Source: Pseudomonadota bacterium
GTDB taxonomy: Bacteria > Desulfobacterota > Desulfobacteria > Desulfobacterales > JBDRRP01
Length of the DNA stretch: 64,000 bases
Assembly (NCBI GenBank): GCA_043825735.1
Contig: JBDRRP010000108.1
Location: 1 to 64,000 of the forward strand
Direction: 5' to 3'
Numbering within the stretch: the stretch's first letter is position 1; each line of letters opens with the position of its first letter. Below the pieces are notes generated by a model. It was not told where the DNA came from, made no database searches, and saw only the letters and a program-made list of their open reading frames with translations. Made by a program: the position numbers and the translations under genes. This document shows positions 38,384 through 47,030 of this stretch, in pieces.

Positions 38384-39294
38384 TAGAAACCACTCAATCG
38401 GGTGAGACCGGCCTTTCTGGCTGCGGTAACCGCCGATGCGAATTCAGACGGCTTCAACCGGCGGTTGAGCGCCGGATGCGTGGCCACCTCGGCGCAGGGT
38501 CGATACTGGGGCATGATGTTGACATAACTGTCGGCGGTTAACTCCGATGCGATGAATCTTGTGATAGCTGCCGTACCGGCCAGATCTTCCGGGAGGACTA
38601 GGTGCCGTATGATCATCCCGCGCCGGGCGATCCCCCGGGCATCGGTCTGGAGTTGTCCGACCTGCCGGTGCATTTCCCGGATCGCCAGTCTCGCGGTTTC
38701 AGGATAGTCCGGGGCGTCGCAGGTGGCCGCAGCGATGGCCGCGTCCCAGAACTTGAAATCAGGCATATAGATGTCGATGACGCCGTCCATCAGGGCCAGG
38801 GTCGCCACCGAATCATACCCGCTGGAATTGTAAACGAGCGGAATGCGCAGCCCCTTTTCTGCAGCAATGAGCACTGCGGCCAGGATTTGAGGGACCACAT
38901 GGGAAGGCGTCACAAAATTGATATTATGGCATCCCAGGGACTGCAGCTCCAGCATCATGGCCGCCAGCACATCGTCTTCAACCGCTTGGCCGGTACCCTC
39001 GTGGCTGATGTCGGCATTTTGACAGAATCGGCAACCCAGGCTGCAATGGGTAAAAAAGATCGTTCCTGAACCGTGAACTCCGACCAGCTCGGGTTCTTCC
39101 CCGAAATGGGGGTGGACGCTCGCCACCACCGCCCGGCGCCCTGTTTTGCAGATACCGGTCTCATTGTTGAGCCGGTCGACGCGGCAGCTTCTCGGGCACA
39201 GACGGCACTGCCCCAAAGCGTCTCGGGCGGCGCGTGTTTGGTGTGCGAGGGCGCCGGAGTCCAGAGCCTCCAGGTAGGACGGTCTGCTCATCAT
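38383..39294 (-). CDS. Radical SAM protein, PflX-like
   Basis: CRLCPRSC, HFGEE, SGTIFF, CSLGCRFCQN, NINFVTPSH, IYMPDFK, IIRHLVLP. Confidence 0.88.
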   Translation of the reverse strand: MMSRPSYLEALDSGALAHQTRAARDALGQCRLCPRSCRVDRLNNETGICKTGRRAVVASVHPHFGEEPELVGVHGSGTIFFTHCSLGCRFCQNADISHEGTGQAVEDDVLAAMMLELQSLGCHNINFVTPSHVVPQILAAVLIAAEKGLRIPLVYNSSGYDSVATLALMDGVIDIYMPDFKFWDAAIAAATCDAPDYPETARLAIREMHRQVGQLQTDARGIARRGMIIRHLVLPEDLAGTAAITRFIASELTADSYVNIMPQYRPCAEVATHPALNRRLKPSEFASAVTAARKAGLTRLSGF

Positions 39295-39492
39295 ACAATC
39301 TCAAAGGCAGTGCGTCTTGCCCACCGTGCCCACGAGGGCCAGGTCCGGCAAGGCAACAGGTTTGGGCTCAGTCGGTTCGGGAATGAAGAAGCGGGCGCCC
39401 CCTGCGGTGAATTGTCGGTGACCCTGACGGGCCTGATGACACCGCTGTTGTTGCATTACCTTATATCGAAATCACCGTCAACGGTTCAGCAT

Positions 39493-40215
39493 TTAAGTCT
39501 GGTGCGGATGGAATCCCGGCAGGGGGGAAAAGAGGGGACGCAGCTCTTCAAGTGCGTCATCTAATGCGTCGGGCAGAATTTTTGCCAGCATGTCAAGTAG
39601 AATCACCGCATTGACGGACGAATCCGTTTCGCTGGCCGCCCTGAGGCGCTCTGACATGGCCGCGTTGACCGTCTCCAGATGCCGGTAGATCCTTGCCAGG
39701 CCAGCCATATCCCAGTCAGCTGCGGCGCCGGCCTTGTGCCTGAAATATTGCGCCAGAAGATACATGCCGGAGGATCGGAACAAGGTTTCCGGCACGGTCG
39801 CCAGGGGGAGGTGAAAACGGGCCATGGGGCGAAACGGGGCCAGACGCGGGCAGCCGCTGGTGGGAAAAATGAGACCGATCAGGGAACTGAGACTCTTCTG
39901 GATCGTGGTGGCGTGACTCACGGTGCGCTCGCCGGTCACCACGGTCACCGTTACCGGGTCAAAGGAGTTGCTTCGATTGAATGCCTTGAGGACGGGCTCG
40001 AGACGGATGGCGGCGGGGCAATGGGAATGCGTCGCCGCGTCCAGGGGGCAGTTGGGGCACTGTTTAACCGCCAGGCGGGTCCACGGCGCTGCAGGTCCGG
40101 GCAGATGGCTTTTGAGGAGCATGGTCTCCGCGTCCATGACTAGGGTAAATCGTACTGAATCCCCGTCTTTCAGGACAAATCGGTAATCGATGATGCGCTC
40201 ATCGGTTCCCGCCAT
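39493..40215 (-). CDS. Cys-containing hypothetical protein (DUF6901-like)
   Basis: QCPNCPL..HCP, SGCP, PMARFHLP. Overlaps the upstream YqeY-like gene. Confidence 0.7.
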   Translation of the reverse strand: MAGTDERIIDYRFVLKDGDSVRFTLVMDAETMLLKSHLPGPAAPWTRLAVKQCPNCPLDAATHSHCPAAIRLEPVLKAFNRSNSFDPVTVTVVTGERTVSHATTIQKSLSSLIGLIFPTSGCPRLAPFRPMARFHLPLATVPETLFRSSGMYLLAQYFRHKAGAAADWDMAGLARIYRHLETVNAAMSERLRAASETDSSVNAVILLDMLAKILPDALDDALEELRPLFSPLPGFHPHQT

Positions 40216-40711
40216 CAGCCATCTCCTTTAATACCGATTTTACCAGGTTGCCGTCCGCCTGTTTGCCGAAATGCTTCATGATAGCGCCCATGGCCTGCAT
40301 GGGGCTTTTGAAGGCGCTCATGTCGATGTTGCCCGCGATCCACCGGCCGATTTCCTCGGCCGTGGCCATGCGCGGCAGATACGTTTCCAGGATTTGAAGG
40401 AATTCGGAGGTCTCGGATTTCTTGATCTCCAGGACCGTTTTTTCCGATTTCACCAGGCGCTGGATGATGCCGAGGATGTCGTCATCGGTCATCTCTTCAA
40501 ACTGTTTGAGTCGAAACGATTTTTTGCCGCTTTCAAGCGTCAAGGGTACGGTGAGGCTTGGATACTCGCCCATGAGCAGCCGCAGGGTATCGCGGACGCC
40601 GTTGTTCTTGGCCTTGAGGGCATTTTTGAGATCCGTTTTGATTTTATCGCGAAGCGGTATCTCCATGCTCCGGTCCCAGCCGTAGGCCGGGGATGCTGAA
40701 GATGGATCCAT
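40199..40711 (-). CDS. GatB/YqeY domain protein
   Basis: KIKTDLKNALK..RDTLRLL, ETYLPRM, MQAMGAIMKHFG..ADG..VK. GGAGG RBS before ATG 40711. Confidence 0.8.
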   Translation of the reverse strand: MDPSSASPAYGWDRSMEIPLRDKIKTDLKNALKAKNNGVRDTLRLLMGEYPSLTVPLTLESGKKSFRLKQFEEMTDDDILGIIQRLVKSEKTVLEIKKSETSEFLQILETYLPRMATAEEIGRWIAGNIDMSAFKSPMQAMGAIMKHFGKQADGNLVKSVLKEMADGGNR

Positions 40712-41022
40712 GGTCACCTCCGTGGCCGCGCTGTTTGCCGACCCGAAAAAAGACAGTGAAAAACGCCTTGCCCGCCGCGCCGGTCGATCAGCGGCGATGA
40801 TTTGTAGCCGAAAAAATTATTTAATACCATACTGCCTCTCGACGCTCCAGGTCAACGAGTGCAATGGGACTGTCATTAATTTTAACGCTCGGATGAAGAG
40901 CACGCCGGCAACACCAACGTGTGCTGTAAACACTATAGATGGCAATGGCTTGACGGAGCGTATGGATCGGGGTAGCTCATTACAGTCATCCACCGAATCC
41001 AAAACCTTTCAGGAAAACGAAA

Positions 41023-42240
41023 ATGCTTTCCATGCATGACTTCAACGATGCCTATCAGGTACTGCGCACGCGGGTCACCCACACCCCGATCATTCACAGC
41101 AGAAGTTTCTCCGGTTATTCCGGTGCCGATGTCTTTTTCAAGCTGGAGAACCTCCAGAATACGGGGTCCTTTAAGATCCGCGGTGCCGTATACAAGTTCC
41201 ATCGATGCCGACACCAGATCGGCCCGGCCGGGGTCGTTGCCGCATCGGCCGGAAATCATGCCCAGGGGGTTGCCCTGGCGGCCGGTCGGGAAGGAATCCC
41301 CGCCACCGTGGTCATGCCGGAATGGGTGTCCATCTCAAAACAGGAAGCCACCCGATCCTACGGCGGCACCGTGGTGATCCACGGCGTCAGCATTACCGAG
41401 AGCCTGGAAAAGGCCTCCTCCCTCGCCAGGGACCAGGGCATGGTCTTTGTCCATCCCTTCGATGATCCGGATATTATTGCCGGTCAGGGATCCATCGGGA
41501 TGGAAATCCTGGCGGATCTGCCCGATGTGGACACGGTCATCGTTCCCATCGGTGGCGGCGGCCTGATCAGCGGGGTGGCGGCGGTACTCAAGATGTCGCG
41601 GCCCGAGATTCGGGTGATCGGGGTTCAGGCGGCCATCTGTCCGTCGACCGTTCGGGCATTGGCCGCCGGAGCGCCCATCGGCATTGATGCTGAACCATCC
41701 ATTGCCGACGGCATCAGTGTCAAACAGGTGGGCATGCTCACCTATCCGTATATTGTGCGGTTTGTGGATGACGTGGTGCTGGTGGATGAGGAATCCATCG
41801 CCGAGGCCATGCTCAAACTGTTGGAAAGAAAAAAAATTCTCGTGGAGGGCGCCGGCGCCGTAGCGCTGGGTGCGCTGCTGAACGGTTCGATAACCTGCCG
41901 ATCATCGGAGCGGGTCCTGCTCCTGGTGAGTGGCGGCAATGTGGACAGTCCCCTGGTGGGCCGCATCATCAGCCGCGGGCTCTTCAATCAGGGGCGTCTT
42001 CTGCGCCTTCGGGTCACGTTGAAAGACGTCCCTGGCGCCCTGGCCGGTTTGCTCGCGACAGTGGCGCGCGAAAAGGCCAATGTCCTTCATATCTACCATG
42101 ATCGTAACGTGGGCACCCAGCCCATCAACTATACCGCCGTCGGTCTAGAACTGGAAACGCGCAGCCATGAACATGGAAAAGACGTATCCGAAGCCCTCCA
42201 AGCGGCCGGGTATGCGCTGACCCCGGGGCTGTGGATATAA
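41023..42240 (+). CDS. ilvA: Threonine ammonia-lyase (medium form, with ACT domain)
   Basis: KLENLQNTGSFKIRGA, SAGNHAQG, PIGGGGL, IADG, SGGN, C-terminal D.PG.L ACT domain. Confidence 0.92.
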   Translation: MLSMHDFNDAYQVLRTRVTHTPIIHSRSFSGYSGADVFFKLENLQNTGSFKIRGAVYKFHRCRHQIGPAGVVAASAGNHAQGVALAAGREGIPATVVMPEWVSISKQEATRSYGGTVVIHGVSITESLEKASSLARDQGMVFVHPFDDPDIIAGQGSIGMEILADLPDVDTVIVPIGGGGLISGVAAVLKMSRPEIRVIGVQAAICPSTVRALAAGAPIGIDAEPSIADGISVKQVGMLTYPYIVRFVDDVVLVDEESIAEAMLKLLERKKILVEGAGAVALGALLNGSITCRSSERVLLLVSGGNVDSPLVGRIISRGLFNQGRLLRLRVTLKDVPGALAGLLATVAREKANVLHIYHDRNVGTQPINYTAVGLELETRSHEHGKDVSEALQAAGYALTPGLWI

Positions 42241-42380
42241 AAGTCCGTAAAATTCTCCAAAAAATCGGGATCTCTCGCAAAGCCGCAAAGATCGCAAGGC
42301 TAAAGAATTGATATTAAAAATGTTTTTTCCTTGGCGCACTTGGCGTCTTTGCGAGAAAATTGCTTTTTTACGGATTCATC
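42241..42380. repeat. Palindromic MITE/REP-like element, same terminal motif as 163..276
   Basis: Ends TCCGTAAAA (42244-52) / TTTTTTACGGATTCATC (42364-80). Inner IR TCTCGCAAAGCCGCAAAG (42273-90) / CTTGGCGTCTTTGCGAGA (42339-56). Confidence 0.78.
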
Positions 42381-42401
42381 AATATTCACTTCGCCCCGTT
42401 T

Positions 42402-44126
42402 TTACGTTCCCTTACGCTCGGTTTTCGGGGTATCCGTGCCCATTGCAATGAGACCCAGGCGCTTGATTCCAAAACGCAGGGGCCACACGACGGCGGTGGC
42501 GCAGAAAACCAGAGTGAGCCCGAAAGACACCGCCACCCAGACCCACTGAAGCGGTGAAATGACGTTGCCGCGAATGCCCGCCATGAAGATCATATACACC
42601 GGTCCGGCCTCCAGAATGACAACGGCCCCGATATACGCCGCCGACAGAATCATAAACAAGAGCCCCCCGAAACCGGTGACGGTCTGGGCTGGATTTTCCG
42701 ATGAAAAATTGGGATAGGCGCCCCCCATTCCCACCGCCAGTGATACGATGCCGGGGGTCATGAGAAAGAGCGTCACCGTTGACAAGATCATCATGAACGG
42801 CGTCACTTCGAGCAGCAGGTTGGTGGCGACGATGAGCAGCTCTGCCATGACCAGAAGGGGCAGCAGATAAAAAACAAGCTTGATGCGAAGGAACACCGGG
42901 ATGGCAATCGGGGCCGCCTGAACGATCCAGAACGCCTGGCCTTCCATGCTCACCGACGGGAAGGCGAAACGCGCGGCCACGGCCGTGAGAACGAAGGCGG
43001 CCAGGGCCATGTTGAGAAATGAAAAGAGGTTCTGAAGGTAGATGGTTTTGATGGGGGATTTGTCCAGGGGCAGGGCGGAGAAGTTGTACAGGTAGATCAC
43101 GACCAGTGCGGCCAGCAAAAACAATTGGGACCACTGGGTCTGATCACGCCAGAAGCTTTTCCATTCCTTGATCACGAAGGCTCTCACCGGTCCGGGCAGG
43201 CCGATGAGCCACCGATAGGGTTTAGTGACCGATGTCTGGAACAGACGTATGGCCGCCGCTTGGGTTTTTGAATAGCCTGCAAAATAGAGTCGACCGGCCA
43301 GCAACTGGTTCATGTGAATCAGAAATGACGTGCAGCTAAATAAAATTATCAAGTTAAAACATGCAGATGCATACGATCCTTGAAGCGAAGCCGTAAGTGC
43401 GTCGAAAATCCAGGTCGTGGGCAGCCACGGTGAAGACGGGGTCTGAAGGCTCTGGATATAGAGCATGACAGTGGAAAAACTGTCCGGATCCACCAGACGC
43501 TCGGGTTTTAGCAGGCGAAACATCACATATAGGACAATCATCACGAGCAGCCCCAAAAACACGAAAATGCTCCGGATACGGCTGGCCGGCAGGATGATGA
43601 CCGTGATCATCACGAAAAAGGCGCTCAGTGCGGCGGCGATCAGGCACAGGGGCACCAGGGCCAGGGGAATGCACAGATAAAACACCGGCCCGGCCCGGTA
43701 GACGATGCCGTAACTGATGAATACGGGGATGGTGTAGATGACCACCATCCACGCGCTGTCCAGTGTGGCCTCGATCCAGCGCGCCAGGAAAATGGTGGGC
43801 GCCGGAATGGGCATGGCGTGGATCAGGAGCAGGTCTTTGCTGAGGTAAAGCTTGCTCAAGATGGTGAGGATGGCGCTGAAGAGCAACAAACCGAAAAAGG
43901 TCAACAAGACCATGGACAGCAGTTTCTGAGAGAGCACATCCCCAAAGCCTTCCACGCCCTGGAAATAGGTCAGGACTTTCAGGGTAACGGCGAAAATACC
44001 CGCCCAGAACAGGGTGCCGATGCCGCCAATGAGGAGTACCTTCGCCCGCTGACCCCTATCCGATCCGGAAATGCGAAAACTCAGCAGGCGCGGGCGCATG
44101 AGGATGCCAATGTGCCGGATCGTCAT
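42402..44126 (-). CDS. Putative ABC exporter permease (multi-TM)
   Basis: About 14 hydrophobic segments; KEWKSFWRD and SMEGQAFW motifs. Overlaps the ABC ATPase gene by 4 nt. Confidence 0.82.
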   Translation of the reverse strand: MTIRHIGILMRPRLLSFRISGSDRGQRAKVLLIGGIGTLFWAGIFAVTLKVLTYFQGVEGFGDVLSQKLLSMVLLTFFGLLLFSAILTILSKLYLSKDLLLIHAMPIPAPTIFLARWIEATLDSAWMVVIYTIPVFISYGIVYRAGPVFYLCIPLALVPLCLIAAALSAFFVMITVIILPASRIRSIFVFLGLLVMIVLYVMFRLLKPERLVDPDSFSTVMLYIQSLQTPSSPWLPTTWIFDALTASLQGSYASACFNLIILFSCTSFLIHMNQLLAGRLYFAGYSKTQAAAIRLFQTSVTKPYRWLIGLPGPVRAFVIKEWKSFWRDQTQWSQLFLLAALVVIYLYNFSALPLDKSPIKTIYLQNLFSFLNMALAAFVLTAVAARFAFPSVSMEGQAFWIVQAAPIAIPVFLRIKLVFYLLPLLVMAELLIVATNLLLEVTPFMMILSTVTLFLMTPGIVSLAVGMGGAYPNFSSENPAQTVTGFGGLLFMILSAAYIGAVVILEAGPVYMIFMAGIRGNVISPLQWVWVAVSFGLTLVFCATAVVWPLRFGIKRLGLIAMGTDTPKTERKGT

Positions 44127-44854
44127 GGTGAGGGCTCCCCGGTGACTTCAAGAAAGGCGCGCTCCAGACTGGTGCGTTCGCCTGAGATATTTCGTTTGAC
44201 GGCATCTATGGGGCCGTTGGCGATCAGCCGGCCGTTGTGGATGATGCCGATGTGATCACAGACGTCCTCGGCTAGACTGAGGGTGTGGGTGGACATGAAA
44301 ATGGTCATGCCCTTTGCCACCAGCGACCGAAACAGTTCGCGCACCATTTTGATTCCGCGCGGGTCCAGCCCCACCATGGGTTCATCCACGATGAGCAGGG
44401 GCGGTTCATGGAGCAGGGCCGCCGCCATGATGAGACGCTGCTTCATTCCATGGGAATAGGCCTCCACCAGTTCGTCGCTGCGGTGCTTCAGGCTGAACAG
44501 GGTCAGCAGTTCGTCGGCGCGGCCACGGAACCGGTTGCCGTTGACGCCGTAGAGATCTGCCGTGAACTGGAGAAACTCCATGCCGGTTAGTTTTTCATAG
44601 AGAAAGGGACGGTCCGGGATGAGCCCGATGCGCGCCTTGACCGAAACGGGGTCTTCGGCCATGTCGATGCCGTCCACGACCACACGGCCTTCGGACGGGG
44701 CCAGCAGCCCTCCGATCATCCGTATGGTGGTGGTTTTTCCGGCGCCGTTGGGGCCGATGAAACCAAAAAGCTGCCCTTTTTCCACCGTGAGGGAAATGTC
44801 ATCTACGGCACGGGTGTCGCCATAGCGCTTTGACAGGTGAATCAGTTCAATCAT
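44123..44854 (-). CDS. ABC transporter ATP-binding protein (exporter type)
   Basis: GPNGAGKTT, YSHGMKQRL, LIVDEPMVGLD, STH. Confidence 0.93.
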   Translation of the reverse strand: MIELIHLSKRYGDTRAVDDISLTVEKGQLFGFIGPNGAGKTTTIRMIGGLLAPSEGRVVVDGIDMAEDPVSVKARIGLIPDRPFLYEKLTGMEFLQFTADLYGVNGNRFRGRADELLTLFSLKHRSDELVEAYSHGMKQRLIMAAALLHEPPLLIVDEPMVGLDPRGIKMVRELFRSLVAKGMTIFMSTHTLSLAEDVCDHIGIIHNGRLIANGPIDAVKRNISGERTSLERAFLEVTGEPSP

Positions 44855-46304
44855 AGACCGATTCCTCTATGGTGATGGCAATCTGGCCGATGACGCCCAT
44901 AAGATCGATCTGGCGTTCCAGACCCCCGATGACCAGACGGATGTGACTCAGATCTGCCGGCATTTGATCGAACACCGCATCGGCCGTAATCCACCGGCCA
45001 AGGTAAAATCCGTTCCATGCGTGATAGTAAAAGCGCCCGCGCATATATACCAGGCCGGCTTCGATGCGGGTGGGAATGCCGGCAGCGCGTCCCAGCGCGG
45101 CCAGCAATATGGCGTGCTCGTTACAATCTCCGACTTTTTTATCAAGTATTTCAAGAGCATTGGGGACTGACAGGACAGGCTGCTTGCTCACATTCCGATA
45201 CACCCATGCCACCAGTCGGCGTGCCTTTTCCAGCGGGGTGGCGGCATCGCCCACCACCTTGCGCGCGGCCGCGATGATTTCCGGTGCGTCCGATTGAACC
45301 AGTGGGGATGGCTTCAGGAACAAGGGCATATCCTCGGCAGGATCACCTGCCGGTGGGATTTTTTCACGACGCAGAATCAGGGCGCCGTTGACCACTTCCT
45401 GCCGCCCGCCGATAATGTCCAGCGCAGAGGGCAGTCCGGTGATGCGCAGGGTGAGGGATTTCAACTGCCGCGGGTCGCCGAGTTCGCCGTTCACGGCAAT
45501 TGCCACCAGACGGGTGAGATCCTGCAGCGGGGCGGCGCTGACACCGGCGGTGGCCGCTGCCGATGTCTCGGCCAGGAGCGTCATGCCCAGGGGACCTTCC
45601 TCCTTGAGCACATGGCCGGATGCATCCATCCACACGTTTTGCCGGGTGCCCATTAGTTCCAGGACAAGGTGCCGGGCCGTGACCGGCTGCCCGCGAACCG
45701 TCATGGGCGCCTCGCCCACATAGCGCACCCTGACGGGGCGCTGGGCCATGGCCGCGGGATCGAATATGCGCACGGTGAGGGTGTTTCCCGGCGTTGGCGT
45801 CATGGCCGCGGCGGCATCCATCACGGTATTGGTCAAAAATACCGGCGTGGCCACCGGAATGGACATGTGGCGGCCGTCCACCTCCAGATCGACGGCCCCG
45901 TCGGTGACGGTTCCCCTGGCGTTGAAGACAAACCGGCTCGAAGTGAGGCGCACGTCAAACCGTTTGAGACTCATATCGGCGTTAAGGGTGCCCCCGGTGG
46001 CCAGGGAAATCTCCTGAACCATACCCATCATGTTAATGCGCATGAAGGTATCGTCGGACAGACGGTAGCCCTCTGGTGTCGAGACGAGACGCCGGTGGGC
46101 GTAGCCGATTTTTTCATTGTTCTGGTAAATGCCGAACCACTCGTTGCGTCCGGCATCGCTGACAACCGGTGGTCCTGTCGTGTCCGCCGGCGTTAGCCAT
46201 CCCGATTGCCACCCAAGGGCCGACAGGAAGATGGCGGCCGACAGGATCAGACCCCACCATAGCCGTAGGCGCTGCTTTCCGGGTACGGTTTCATGCGCTG
46301 GCAT
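44847..46304 (-). CDS. Exported/membrane-anchored transglutaminase-like (Cys-His-Asp) protein
   Basis: N-terminal TM; GDCNEHA (Cys), YHAWN (His), WITADA (Asp). Overlaps the ABC ATPase gene by 8 nt. Confidence 0.85.
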   Translation of the reverse strand: MPAHETVPGKQRLRLWWGLILSAAIFLSALGWQSGWLTPADTTGPPVVSDAGRNEWFGIYQNNEKIGYAHRRLVSTPEGYRLSDDTFMRINMMGMVQEISLATGGTLNADMSLKRFDVRLTSSRFVFNARGTVTDGAVDLEVDGRHMSIPVATPVFLTNTVMDAAAAMTPTPGNTLTVRIFDPAAMAQRPVRVRYVGEAPMTVRGQPVTARHLVLELMGTRQNVWMDASGHVLKEEGPLGMTLLAETSAAATAGVSAAPLQDLTRLVAIAVNGELGDPRQLKSLTLRITGLPSALDIIGGRQEVVNGALILRREKIPPAGDPAEDMPLFLKPSPLVQSDAPEIIAAARKVVGDAATPLEKARRLVAWVYRNVSKQPVLSVPNALEILDKKVGDCNEHAILLAALGRAAGIPTRIEAGLVYMRGRFYYHAWNGFYLGRWITADAVFDQMPADLSHIRLVIGGLERQIDLMGVIGQIAITIEESVYD

Positions 46305-46370
46305 GATGAGGCTCCAGGTGGTGAGAGGCGATAATGGTCACCCCGGGGGTGCGCTCGGTGGCGGTCCTGA

Positions 46371-46883
46371 TCATGAAGGGTCTCCGTTGTCTGTGAACGT
46401 TACCGCTTGAGCATTGATCCGGTCCCCGTCGATGCTGACCCGAAGTCCGCCGGCCGCGCTGCCGTGCCGGGGAAAAGAGGCGCTGCCCGGATTCAGATAG
46501 AGCACCCCCCTTTTACGCAGCATGGCCGGGGCGTGGGTGTGTCCGGAAACCACAACATGAATGCCGGCGGCCTCGGGCAGAAGGTCCAGCAGGTTCAGGT
46601 TGTGGAGCACGTAAAACGTTTTGCCCCCCAATGTCATCAACGCTGCCGGCGGCAGATCGTCTGACCAGGGGCCATGGTCCATGTTTCCCTTGACGCCGAC
46701 CACCGGAGCGATTCGCCGGAGCTGGACCAGCACTGATGGTTCGTCCACATCTCCTGCATGGACGATCACATCGACGCCGGCAAACGTCGTGGCCACGGTG
46801 GGAGGGACCCATCCATGGGTGTCAGAAAGAATGCCGATGGTGATGGGGTTCTGGTGTTCGAGTGATTCCGGCAGTGCCGTCAT
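46371..46883 (-). CDS. YfcE-type metallophosphoesterase
   Basis: LSDTHG, HAGD, KGNMD, SGHTH, NPGS. Confidence 0.88.
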   Translation of the reverse strand: MTALPESLEHQNPITIGILSDTHGWVPPTVATTFAGVDVIVHAGDVDEPSVLVQLRRIAPVVGVKGNMDHGPWSDDLPPAALMTLGGKTFYVLHNLNLLDLLPEAAGIHVVVSGHTHAPAMLRKRGVLYLNPGSASFPRHGSAAGGLRVSIDGDRINAQAVTFTDNGDPS

Positions 46884-47030
46884 GACGGTGGTTTCCCTTG
46901 AGTGCGGGCACGCCGCCGTCGCGGCGATGCCCTGAGGTGTCATCTGGCCCCGGCGGTGCAGCGGCAAGATGGCGGTTGTGTGCTTTTCTCGCAGTCAGCT
47001 TACAGACATTTTCATGAGCTGCGCATGAGG

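Noticed and set aside
39301..39456. 51-aa minus-strand small ORF (MQQQRCHQ...KTHCL) filling the spacer
   Set aside because: Poorly spaced RBS and no recognisable motif; cannot be supported without homologs or ribosome profiling.
163..42380. CRISPR array from the recurring short repeats
   Set aside because: The repeats are inverted or short-period tandem, not regularly spaced direct repeats with unique spacers; no cas genes.
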